Part shown: positions 12,191 to 23,406 of the stretch, piece after piece | Layout: each line of letters begins with the position of its first letter | How positions within the stretch are numbered: position 1 is the first letter of the stretch | Assembly (NCBI RefSeq): GCF_018350175.1 | Contig: NC_058368.1 | Coordinates: 109,122,001-109,186,000, forward strand | Direction of reading: 5' to 3' | Length of the DNA: 64,000 nt | From: Felis catus | Lineage: Eukaryota | Made by a program: the position numbers and the translations under genes | The notes under the pieces: model-generated | Databases searched by the model: none | What the model was told of the DNA's origin: nothing | Seen by the model: the letters and a program-made list of their open reading frames with translations, nothing else

Positions 12191-13203
12191 TGGCTGGAGT
12201 AAGTGGTGGGGCCAGGAAGACTGTGGGTTGGGCACAGTCCATAATACATATATACGTAAAACATGCCACAGGGCGATTTGAGCTAGAACGTGTAGATAGA
12301 TCTGGGTGAAAAAGCTCCAGTGTTGGACAGATAACTCAAAAGGCCTGTTGCATAACATAACAAGTAGCATCAAATTCCAGTGGGAAGGAAGGAAGCTCAT
12401 CTCATGTAATCCTACTGGCTTCTCCACCCTCCTCAAATGTGGTTCTGGGCTGGACTCCTGATTAACAAAGTTTTCTCTCTTATTCTCCATGCCACTGATC
12501 CCAATCATTTGTGGCCTTCTGCAGACAAAAATCATAATTACCTGAACGCTTAGAGCTCTTCCTGTGGCCAGGCAATAGCCCATGTCACTGCTTCCAGGAC
12601 TGAGCCAAGTATCTGAAAATCCAAGCCCTCTGGGCCTGCTGGACTTGTTTCCATCAGAGCAATGGCTTTGGGAATACTAAGCAAGTTATCCTGACCAGGG
12701 ACCTCCTCTCAAGGAGAGAGGGGTGCATCATCTGAAGTCACAGGGACAATTGGTGCTCAGTTAAAGCCCATAAGAATTAGAAACCAGGATCGCCACAGAA
12801 ATACAAAGGACAAAACAAAGTCAATGAGCAATTCAGATTTTAAAAATAATAACTTTTCTACCACAGATAAAGATGAAAGCAAGAGTAAACCTATGATCTT
12901 TCTTATTCTTGGCAATAGCTCCTCTCTCTCAGAGTTCCCTAAACATTCTCATAAATTCCAGAAGGGCTATGTTTGCCAAAGAGAATTATTCTACTTAACA
13001 CCTAGTCGAAGTGATGGTGAATGAAGTCGGGCAGAGGGCCCTGTTCTCTGTCAAGAAGTAAGTGCAAGAAATCTTTCCCCTAAGTGTTTATCATTTAATT
13101 GCTTTTCCTAAAAGGTTTTTAGGTTGATGGAGGCTGGACGCAACACAGTATTAGCAGTACCTGAGGTTGTGTGCCATTGCCCTAAAATCAGGTTGGAAAA
13201 ATG

Positions 13204-14181
13204 CAGGCATATCTTGTTTTATTGAACTTCACTTTGTTGTGCTTTTTACAAATTGAAGGTTCAAGATGTTAGCAGAGGAAGTAACAGCAGCTGTGGTGGA
13301 AATAGCAAGAGAACTAGAATCAGGTGTGGAGCCTGAAAGTATGACTGAATTTCTACCATCTCCTGGTAAAACTTGATGGATGAGGAGTTGCTTCTTGCTG
13401 ATGAACAAAGAAAGTGGTTTCTTGAGATGGAATGTACTCCTGGGGAAGATGCCATGAAGCTGAAGATTGTTGAAATGACAACGAAGGATTTAGAATACGA
13501 TTTAAACTTAGTCAATCAAGCAGCAGTAGGGTTTGAGAGAATTGACTCCAATTTCAAAAGAAGTTCTGTGGGTAAAATGCTATCAAACAGCATCACGTGC
13601 TGCAGAGAAACAGTATGGGAAGGAAGAGTCACTGAATGCGGCAGACTTCATTGTTGTCCTACTTTAAGAAATTGCCACAGCTCCCCAACCTACAATAACC
13701 TCCATCCTGATCAGTCAGCTGCTGTCTGTGATTGGCTGAAAGCTCAGACAACGGTTAGCAGTTTTTTAGCAGCAAAGTATTTTTTTAATGTTTATTTTTT
13801 ATTTTTGAGAGCCAGAGAGCATGTGCACAAGCAGGGCAGGGGCAGAGAGAGAGGGGGCAGAGGATCCAAAGCAGACTCTGTGCTGTCAGCAGCAAGCCCA
13901 ATGTGGGGCTGGAACTCACGAACTGTGAGATCATGACCTGAGCTGAAGTTGAATGCTTAAACCAACTGAGCCATCCAGGCTCCACAGCAACAAAGTATTT
14001 TTAAATTAAGGTGTGAACATTTTTTTTACATATAATTCTATTGCAAACCTAATAGACTACAGTGTAAACATAACTCTTATTATGTACCAAGAAACCAAAA
14101 AATTCATTTGACTTGCTTTTTTGTGATATTTGCTTTATTGCAGGGGTCTGACCAAACCTGCAGTATCTCAAGGTATGCCTA
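13204..14181 (+). mobile_element. Internally deleted Tigger1 (TcMar-Tigger/pogo) DNA transposon with both ends
   Basis: 5' end CAGGCATATCTTGTTTTATTG...TTTTTACAAATTGAAGGTT; 3' end AGGTATGCCTA followed by TA; ORF 13373.. gives [54 protein letters not shown], the Tigger1 transposase C-terminus. Confidence 0.92.
13785..13985 (-). mobile_element. Can-SINE nested in Tigger1
   Basis: SINE body on the minus strand; TSD AGCAGCAAAGTATTTTT (13768-13784) / AGCAACAAAGTATTTTT (13986-14002). Confidence 0.92.
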
Positions 14182-14759
14182 TACACCTGTTTTCTCATTT
14201 GATCCTTATAAAAAGCCCATGAGATTGATATAGGATGACAAATTGAGAGGTTTCTCAGAAGTCACATGTCTTCCTGGAGTCTCAGAAGGACCCACCCCAG
14301 AAAGTCTCACCTTGGGAAGAAGAGACTTAACTCAAGTATAATTGCTCAAGAAGCTGTCAGAGACACTGGAACATCATCTCTCTGCTGGGCCAGCCAAAGG
14401 GCAGCAGCCAGGCACCGGATTAGCTCTTTTTACCTCAGAGGAAGTCTCATATGAGAAGCTCTTCTCATGAATGTGTGGGGGTGTGGGAATAGGCTGCACG
14501 CATCAAGGATACAGTACTAAGTGCATGCAATGGTAGCAGCATTCCCCAGGGCTTGTCTACTGAAGAGCTTGGAAACATTTAATTACCATGCAACCTTTGA
14601 TTAGGAACAAAATAATTCTGAAAATTCCAAATGTCATTAACCAAACAAGAAAGCAGCATGATATACAACACACTTTAAAAATTGGTGAAAGGAAGTAGAA
14701 AATTCTAACACTGTATACAATGTAGAACATTGTATCTACATTCTAACCATTGTAATACA

Positions 14760-16130
14760 ACATAATAACCCCTAAACTCTTTAGCCATACTAAAAATTCA
14801 TCAACATCTGGAAGTCTAATCCTCCCAAGTCTGGGCAACAGCAGACTGGATGAAGGCCTCTATTTCCCTCTTCAAAGATTTTTGGCAACTGCTATAGAAA
14901 ACAAATAGATGAAATGGAGAAAGTGGATAATGGGGCTAATCACTGAAAGAAGTGAGGCCTGCCCTATGAGAAATGTTACAGAGAGCCCTTCAGGCTGAAA
15001 TGAAAGAATACTACACAGCAACTCAAATCCACATGAAGGAATACAGCACATGGATAAAGTGAACAACCTAAGTAAATATAAAAGACATCAATCAATGAAA
15101 ATGAGGAAATTATTGCCAACCCTACAGAAATAATAAGGACTATAAGAGAATACTATCAACAACTGTATGCCAATAAATTCGACAATGTAGATGAACTGTA
15201 TAAATTCCTAGAAACACAAAGATTACCAAAAATGACTCAGGAAGAAACAGAAAATCCAAACAAACTGAAGTAGAGAGATTGAATTAATAATCAAAAACCT
15301 CCCCAAAAAAGAAATGCTGAACCAGATGGTTCTACCAAACATTTAAAGAAGAATTAATACCAGTCCTTGTCAAATTCTTCACAAAAATAGAAGAGGAGAA
15401 AATACTTCCTGACTCATTCTATGAGGCCAGCATTACCCTGAGACCAAACCCAGACGAAGACTTCAAAAGAAAAGAAAACTATACATCAATATCCCTTATG
15501 AGCATAAATGTGAAATATTCCATAAAATACCAACAAACCAAATCCAGCAGCATACTAGGAGGATTATATATTGTGACCTGTGGGATCTATCCCAGGAACA
15601 CAAATATAGTTCAATGAAAAAATATTAATAACATAATACAACACATGAATAAAATGAAGGTTTAAATAAAGATCATACCAATTGATGCAGAAAATTATTT
15701 GATAATATTCAACCCACTTTCATGATAAAAGACACTCATCAAACTAGAAATAGAAGGGAACTTCCTCAACATGATAAATGACACCTGTGAAAACCCTATA
15801 GTTAACATTATACTCACTGTTGAAACAAAGCTCTCTCCCTAAGATCAGGAACAAGACAAGGAAGCCACTTGCTACTCCTGGAATTGTATTGGAACTTCTG
15901 GCCATAGCAATTAGGCAAGAAAAAGAAACAAAAGGTAGCCAGTTGAGAAGGAAGAAGCTACAGTAATCAAAACAATGTGGTACTGGCAGAATGACAGACA
16001 TAGAGACAAATAAAACAGAATAGAGGGTCCAGAAATAAACCTTCACATATGTGGTCAAGAAGGTGATTTGCAAAGAAAGTTCCAAGATAATTCAAGGGGG
16101 AAAGGATAGTCTTTTCATCAATGAAAACAA
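14760..16130 (+). mobile_element. Old L1 (L1M-type) fragments, including part of ORF2
   Basis: A-rich; around 15405-15450 translates to LPDSFYEASITLRPNP (L1 ORF2 LPNSFYEASIxLIPKP motif); attgatgcagaaaa and aagctacagtaatcaaaacaatgtggtactggc are also ORF2 hallmarks; many stops and deletions. Confidence 0.9.
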
Positions 16131-16589
16131 TATTGAAATATCATTTTTACCTACCTATCCTCCTCTCTGTATAAATGCAAAGAAATGCATAGAATATTTT
16201 TCTAATATTAATAGCAATGTTTTAGGTGGTAAGATTTAGGAAAGCTTTTCAGGCATTTATTATACTTTGTATAGTGTTTGCATTTCTTATAATGAGCATG
16301 TATAAGTTTTGAAGTGGTTTTAGTTAAAAAATAAAAGTGGAAGTAAATATGCAAGATGACAATAAAGAGGAATTTTTTCTTCTTCTTTGTACTTTTCAGT
16401 ATTTTTTAACCACCCCTCAACCCTCTCCCAAACCATCACCTATTTTTTAGTGTATTTTGATTCTTGAAATAGCACACTTCCAGTTTTGCATTTTTCCTTC
16501 ACATTCCTGCATCCATCCTTATCTCTGATTTCCCAGTCCTACCCATGTTCTAGGTTCAGCTCAAACACATCCTCTTCTTGGGCGGCACT

Positions 16590-16830
16590 GGAGCGTATTG
16601 GCTAAGTGCCCACAGTGGGACACTGCTGGAGCAGATGTGCGGTCCAGCGGGCCCAAAAGTAGGTTTCTCCAATTACTAGCTCTATGACTTTAGGCAAGTC
16701 ACTTAATCTTTCTGAGACTCGGTTTCCTCCTCTATAATAGAACAGATGATCTATCTCACTGGGGTTTTTAAAGAATTAAATTAGATCATAATATGTAAAG
16801 TGCTCAACAATAATAAATTTGTGTTGACGA
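16590..16830. mobile_element. MIR SINE fragment
   Basis: MIR core: tgactttaggcaagtcacttaatctttctgagactcggtttcctc. Confidence 0.75.
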
Positions 16831-17094
16831 TAATAATACTGTTATTCCTCCAGACCTCCCTAAAGCAATCATTAGCTCTACAAATAGTCCTTATTAATTC
16901 AATTTGGTTCCATGTGCGAAATTATAACCACCTTTGGGAGAAATAGTTTTACCCATTCATCCCTTAATGAAAGCCAGAGCCCTCAGGAAAACATACTTCA
17001 TGATGCCCAAACCTGCTTCTTCCTCTTTTTAGTCCAAGCAAACTAATGGTATCTAGGCTTCTTGAAAGCTTGGTTTAAAAAAAGGAAGAAGGAT

Positions 17095-17311
17095 GGGGTG
17101 CCTGGGTGGCTCAGTCGGTTAGGCACCCAACTTCAGCTCAGGTTGTGATGTCACCATCCATGAGTTCGAGCCCCGCGTCGGGCTCTGTGCTGACAGCTCA
17201 GAGCCTGGAGCCTGCTTCGGACTGTGTGTGTGTGTCTCTCTCTGCCCCTCCCCTGTTCATGCTCTGTCTCTCTCTGTCTCAAAAATAAAACATTAAAAAA
17301 AATAAAATAAC
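17095..17311 (+). mobile_element. Can-SINE (SINEC_Fc type), followed by a purine-rich (GAG/GAA) tract
   Basis: GGGGTGCCTGGGTGGCTCAGTCGGTTA head; TSD AAAAAAAGGAAGAAGGA (17077-17093 / 17312-17328). Confidence 0.93.
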
Positions 17312-18210
17312 AAAAAAAGGAAGAAGGAGATGGGGAAGAGGAGGAGGAGGAAGAGGAAGAAGGAGGAGGAGAAGAGAAAAGGTAATCTCATCTACTATCA
17401 GCCTCCACACTTCACAATGAGATGGGTATGGGCTGTCTGGGGTCTGTACTTAGTGAAGGAAACATTGACTTATCAGAGAGGTCAGTGTTCAAATACTCAT
17501 ATTGTAGTCATGATTTCTGTTCAAGCCTGAGGTCAGCAGGATGAACCAATGTTGGACTTGAACATATCTGCCCTATCACTCTTTACTCCTGCAAGCTACT
17601 GGGGACTGCAGTCTTCATGACAGGGTCATCCTCTGGCAGCCAGCTCTCAAAGGGCACCTTGCTCAGGGAGACAGACATCAAAGTAAGAGTGCCTTTCGGA
17701 GTCCCAGCTTCTTTTCCTCACTGAAAGACAGATTTCCATCGGTGTTGCCAAATATGTAAGTACTTTCCTTTAGGAACACTTATGAAAGACTACGTTTTCA
17801 CAGGAAACCAGGGCCACCCAAAGCAGAAATCTTCACCTTTAACTGTTTAAGAACAATTGCCCACTCTCTTTCTATTTGTTTACTTTTTCCTCCTCCATAA
17901 GAAATTTAAAGGATATTTTTGCTAGTGGTAGGTTGTATTTTTCCAGAGGCAAACAGTTTTAGTTTTGAGTTCTAAACTAAGGTTTGGAGACTGTCCGTGG
18001 AACAAGCATTTTACAAAGAAGACCAGACACGAGCTCACGCAGAGGACATAGTTGGATAGTTCAGTAGCAAAGCACAAACACATCTCAGCAGTAGGAAAGC
18101 AGACATGGAATTTCCCTGTCCACCTGACACCTCATCCAAGATGTGCAGAATCGAACCCCTGCAAAATGTGATCCTTTAACACAGTTCTCCAGCTCAAAGA
18201 AAGGGGTCAT

Positions 18211-18911
18211 TGTGTCAGTTCAGGTCCTCCTAGAGCATATGCCAAGATGGGATTCAACATGCAAGAACTTATTGAGAAACATGTTTATGAAGGGTGAAGG
18301 GGAGAACGAACAGGAATAGTCAGACTCAGATTATGACACAGGTCTGTCTCCTGTGAAAAGGGAAAGGGAAGGAAGGAAGATTGGACAGCAAGAGCTTCAA
18401 ACTGCAGATGAGTTCTGAGAAATTATTGACCACACTGATGGAAATTCCCGCAGTACAGATTGCCTGTTAGAGGAGGCCCACCTTGGGCAGAAATGGCCTG
18501 GCTCTGGTACCCCCACTGTGTTCATTCATTGGCTAGGAGCAGCCAGAGAGCGTGTAGCCTTGTGTGAATGTTGCAGCACAGCTAAAGGTGTGGCGGCCCA
18601 GGCGCCTGGGTGGCTCAGTCGGTTAAGCGTCTGACTTCGGCTTAGGTCATGATCTCACGGTCGGTGAGTTTGAGCCCCGCGTTGGGCTCTGTGCTGACAG
18701 CTCAGAGCCTGGAGCTTGCTTCAGATTCTGTGTCTCCCTCTCTCTCTGACCCTCCCCTGTTCATTCTCTGTCTCTCTCTGTCTCATAAATAAATAAACAT
18801 TAAAAAAATTTTTTAAAAATAAATAAAGGTGTGGCGACCAGTGGCTCTCAGCTATGTTCTTGGTAGAAGGTTCTCTGGAAGAGTGATCTGTATAAGTATA
18901 CAGCTACCACA
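18211..18911. mobile_element. MaLR MLT1-type LTR interrupted by a SINE
   Basis: TG...CA termini (tgtgtcagttcaggtcc... / ...gctaccaca) and MLT1-like text gccaagatgggatt..atgcaaga..ttatt. Confidence 0.7.
18601..18823 (+). mobile_element. Can-SINE (SINEC_Fc type) nested in the LTR
   Basis: GGCGCCTGGGTGGCTCAGTCGGTTAAGCG head; TSD TAAAGGTGTGGCG(G/A)CC. Confidence 0.93.
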
Positions 18912-19086
18912 ATCATTCACTCAAATATGCATCCTGGGAGTCATGACTCTTATCTTATCCCTATCTCTAAGACCCAATCTACTGGCAAGTTCCTAACCAT
19001 TTTACCTCCTAAATATCCTTCATGTCTGTCCATTTCTATCTCCTTCACCACTACCACCATCATCTTGCTCCCATCTGGTGGCCATC

Positions 19087-19161
19087 TTTCTTTTCTTTTC
19101 TTTTCTTTTCTTTTCTTTTCTTTTCTTTTCTTTTCTTTTCTTTTCTTTTTTAATGTTTATT

Positions 19162-19218
<57 letters not shown>

Positions 19219-19382
19219 GAGCAGGGGAGGGGGAGAGAGAGAGGCAGACACAGAATCCAAAGCAGGCTCCAGGCTCTGAGCTGTCAGCACAGAGCCCCAC
19301 ATGGGGCTCGAACCCATGGACCGTGAGATCATGACCTGAACCGAAGTGGATGCTTAACCGACTGAGCCACCCAGGCGCCCCC
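19087..19382 (-). mobile_element. Can-SINE with a (TTTTC)n tail and an expanded (GA)n microsatellite
   Basis: (TTTTC)n at ~19087-19150, (GA)n at ~19165-19214, ends ...gagccacccaggcgcccc. Confidence 0.93.
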
Positions 19383-19409
19383 AGAACAGTCTTTTAAAAA
19401 TAGAAATCA

Positions 19410-19607
19410 GGGTAGCCGGGTGGCTCAATTGGTTAAACTTCCAACTCTTGGTTTCAGCTCAGATCATGATCTCAGTTTTGTGAGATGGAGCTCTGCATTA
19501 GGCTCTGCGCTGGCAGTGTGGAGCCTGCTTGGGATTCTCCCTCTCCCTCTATCTCTGCCCCTCCCCCACTCACTCTGTCTCTCTTAAAATAGATAAATAA
19601 AAACAAA
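19410..19607 (+). mobile_element. Can-SINE (older copy)
   Basis: Diverged head gggtagccgggtggctcaattggttaa; TSD AAAAATA(G/C)AAATCAG. Confidence 0.9.
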
Positions 19608-20561
19608 AAAAATACAAATCAGATCTGCTTAAACAACATCAGTGATCATAGGATAAGGACCTAAGTCCTTAGCATGACCTTCAAGGCCCTGTTACAGCTT
19701 TAGCCTCCTGTGGACTTGGGTTGTCCTTCCTCTCTCTGCTCCCTCTGAGCATCAGATAGATATCTGATAGATATCAGAGAGACAATCTAACCTGCTTCCA
19801 GTTCCCCAAATGTTCCAAGTTCTTTCCTGCCTCTGGACCCTTGCATATGTTGTTCCCTCTCCCAGCCATCTCTTCTCCAACCCTATGCCCCTTTACTCAG
19901 TTAACTAACCCTCATTCCTTTGCTACCAGTTCAAATATCATTTCTTTCTGCCTTCTTTGACCCTCACACAAATCCAAATCCTTTGTCATTCTCTCTCATA
20001 AGTGAATTAAATGCACTTTTGCAGCATTTAGGATGGTATTCTAAATTTGACTAATTATCTGATTGACTACTTCACTATAAAGTGTGTTTTCTGATAGCAG
20101 AAACTATGTGTATTTTTGCTCATTATTGCATTGCCAGCATTAGCAAAGTGGTTGCATTTTGTAGTGGCAACAAAATATTTGTTGAATAAAGGAAGTATCT
20201 AAAAGGGTTAGTTGATATATAATTTTTCCTTTTTATCTGAGTCACTCCAAGCGTTTTATTTTCTAACCAGCGAATTCTATTTCTTTCCCTTTGTATTGTT
20301 ATCCAGCTGTGTTGCATGATCTCTCCTCACGTCTACTCCCACCCTTCGCCCATGGTAAAATCTCTGAGGGCTGGCCTTGGACTTGGATTTTGGGTCTTCG
20401 CTGATGAGCACTGCAGGTCTGGATAATGTGCTTGTTGCAAAACTTACTGTAGCACAAGATTTTATTCTAGAGTTAGAAGGCTAGGGAGGTAGGAAGGAAA
20501 AGAAAGTGAGTTGCCCCCCAAGAGTTGGGATACAAAGTTGCGCTTTGAAAGTTAAATTATA

Positions 20562-20775
20562 GGGGCGCCTGGGTGGCGCAGTCGGTTAAGCGTCCGACTT
20601 CAGCCAGGTCACGATCTCGCGGTCCGTGAGTTCGAGCCCCGCGTCGGGCTCTGGGCTGATGGCTCAGAGCCTGGAGCCTGTTTCCGATTCTGTGTCTCCC
20701 TCTCTCTCTGCCCCTCCCCCGTTCATGCTCTGTCTCTCTCTGTCCCAAAAATAAATAAATGTTGAAAAAAAAAAA
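20562..20775 (+). mobile_element. Very young SINEC_Fc-type Can-SINE
   Basis: CpG-rich intact body with A and B boxes; perfect flanking direct repeat TTTGAAAGTTAAATTATA (20544-20561 / 20776-20793). Confidence 0.95.
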
Positions 20776-23246
20776 TTTGAAAGTTAAATTATAAATCAAA
20801 CCAATCAAAGCAAAAATATACAAAATGCCCCCTTAAAGAGAAATAAGGGCTCCAGGACCTACAAGGCCTAACAGTACTGTCACTTAGTAAGGCCTTGCTC
20901 TACCTAAAAAAGAAATGCGTTCATCTGAGGAGGGACAGCCCAGGTGGCATAATAAGGAGAAATTAGGTAATACAGATGGGGCTGTCCACCAGCCACCATC
21001 TCCAAGAGAAGTGCTGGCCAGGACAGCAGGAGCGAGTGGCCTGTCCTCACAGCAGCTTGTTTGACCTCTGATGTGGAGGAAGATGCACCACGCTGTCCAA
21101 GGCTGATAAGTCAGACAATTCACTCTTCTGATTCTGACTTCAAGCTCACCAAGCCACCTTCCAACAATTAGGTTCCAAATTGAACAGTTACAAGAAGAGA
21201 GTGCAGTCACCAAACAGTCTCATGTTCCTGACTGTTTTGCATCTAACAGTAATGGTTAAGCTCCAGGTTTTGGAATCACATGGCCTTTATTTGAACACTT
21301 ATATACTGTACTTACTAAGCTTGGGAATTTCCTTCATCTTTTGTAGCTCAGCTGAAAAAAATATCACAATATACTGCACTATTACAGGGAGAATTAAATG
21401 AAGCAATGCATGTAATGTACTTAGCATACAGTTTAGCAAACAGTGAATGAAATCAGTAAGTTGGCATTCTGATTTTCTACAACATAGATTTTTAATCAAC
21501 ACTGGAACACTGAAAAGATGAAATTTTATATCCCATAGTATCAAAGACCAAATGTGGACTCTGGGAAATTACCAAGCTGATAGACTATATGCTAGCCTTT
21601 TACCTCTTGGCACCTCTCTGGTCACATGTGTAACATCTTGTAAAAGGTAACCAGGACTTGGCTTTATCTTCTTGGATCTCTACCTCTCTCTTCCTAACCC
21701 TCATCTCCCAGACATACTTTTTATGCAGAAACAGATTTACCTCTACTTTGCTCTCGTGGAATCAAGAATGATTATCCTATCACAAGGAAGAGCTCCAAGG
21801 CTTGCCTTGATTTTTTTTTTTTTCTTTTTCCTTTTCCTTCATACTACAGACCAAAAGCATCATCTCCTGGAGGGGGAAACATGGGCTCTCATTTTTCTAA
21901 GATCATCATTTGGCCTGCTTCACTTCCCCATGTGCTCTTGAGGGAAATACTGCAAACACTTAGAAACCCACAGCATGAGTCACAAATCAAGTCCTCCATC
22001 ATGCAGGGAACGTGCCTGAATTTCAAAGAGGCAAACCAAAGTGACTGGCAGATCAGGCAGTTAATCTGTTTTTCTGTTCCAGTTATCAGACTGCTCTATG
22101 ACAAAAATGAACAAACACGTGGCAAACTGGAGTATGGAGTCTTAGCAACATTTTCCAAGTAGGACGGCTTACAAAAAGTATTTTCAGATCTCAGTAACTG
22201 ATGCAGGACAGGGCTGTGGGGACTTGTGTCCAACTCCAACTGCAGCGGTGCTCTAAGAGAACTTGGTCCGCTGGCATAATTATAGGGGCAAATTGTCAGG
22301 CGGAGTGTGAGGTGCCTTCCAAAATGACTGCAGTGCCTCCTCAGTCCTTCTAAGTCATGACAGCACAGTCCAAACTTTGAAAACTATCTTATTATCATAG
22401 AGATCTCCAAATTTTATCAACTGACATTAGAGAATGTCTATCAAGCATCCAGAAAAACAACAACAAATATTTTCTCCCTTACATCGGTTCATTTAAGTCC
22501 TACAACCTTGACGTAGGTATGGTTATCATCCTCATCCTACAGGGAGTAAATACTCTGCCCCAAATCACACAGCCAATAAGTGATAAGCCTCTAAATCCTT
22601 GGGTATTGATGGGCACCAATTAGTCCAGGGAGTCCAAGTCTTAAGCTTGCTGTTCAGTTTTTCTTAATCAAATGAAGAATCCCCATTTCCTTGACACCAC
22701 TGACTTTTTATTTCTCCGCTGACCCAGGATGAGGAGCCTGGTACCTCACGGTCACGACCAGGCTGTTCGAAGCTACGGTGCCGCCAACTTGGCAGAGGGA
22801 CCAGTGCGCATGCCCAGGCTTGGGGACAGGCCGACCCCAGCTGGCTCAGCGCCCCCACCCGAGACCCCCTCAGAGGCTTGCTCCTGGTCGCCCAGGCCAA
22901 ACCCACCTCCGGACGCCAGAAACCCACGAAGCGCCGCCACCAGCCCCGAAGCCGAAGCAGGCGCTAAGGGGCGGCCTGGGAAGCAACCCCGATGGACCGA
23001 GGCACAGTAGGCCGCGCGGACGAACGACGGCGCGCGGCGGGCCTCTCCACCTGCTGCCCGGACGCGGCCCGGGCCCCGTCCCGCGGAGGTGTTCGCGCCA
23101 GGCTCGCTCCGGCGCCTCAGGTGGACTGGGTTCCCGCCCGAACGCCGCCCGGCCGCCCGCGTGCAGCCCCGAGACCTGAGCCCCCGCCTCTGGCTGCCAG
23201 CCCGCGCTCCGCGTTCACCGCGCTCGGCCGGGGCCCGCCTCTCGGC

Positions 23247-23266
23247 AGTTTTCGCTTTCGCTTTCC
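23247..23266 (-). promoter_or_regulatory. IRF-E/ISRE element with three GAAA cores
   Basis: AGTTTTCGCTTTCGCTTTCC = GGAAAGCGAAAGCGAAAACT on the minus strand; fits the IRF1/2 consensus GAAA(G/C)(T/C)GAAA(G/C)(T/C). Confidence 0.8.
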
Positions 23267-23281
23267 TGCCGCTGTTGTTGA

Positions 23282-23295
23282 GGAAAATGAAAGTG
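23282..23295 (+). promoter_or_regulatory. Second IRF-E
   Basis: GGAAAATGAAAGTG (GAAANNGAAAGT). Confidence 0.65.
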
Positions 23296-23299
23296 ACCG

Positions 23300-23406
23300 T
23301 GGCCGTGGCCCGGGCCGGCGCAGCTGCCGTCGGGGCGAGGGACGCACAAAACGGCGGCGGTCGGCGAGGAGCCTGGGAGCTGGAGCCCCTACCCGCGCCA
23401 GACGAG
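23300..23406 (+). ncRNA. CARINH: Putative first exon of the CARINH/IRF1-AS1 (C5orf56) lncRNA orthologue; 5' end unknown
   Basis: Strong donor GAG|GTAAGC at 23406/23407 inside the CpG island. Identity is inferred from position ~12 kb downstream of SLC22A5 on the same strand, as in the human SLC22A5-IRF1 interval, not from an alignment. Confidence 0.55.

Noticed and set aside
13373..13936. 187-aa ORF as a domesticated TIGD-like gene
   Set aside because: Only a C-terminal Tigger1 fragment without the HTH or DDE domains, fused by chance to antisense SINE sequence.
15744..16085. 113-aa hydrophobic ORF on the minus strand
   Set aside because: Antisense reading of A-rich L1 ORF2 remnants.
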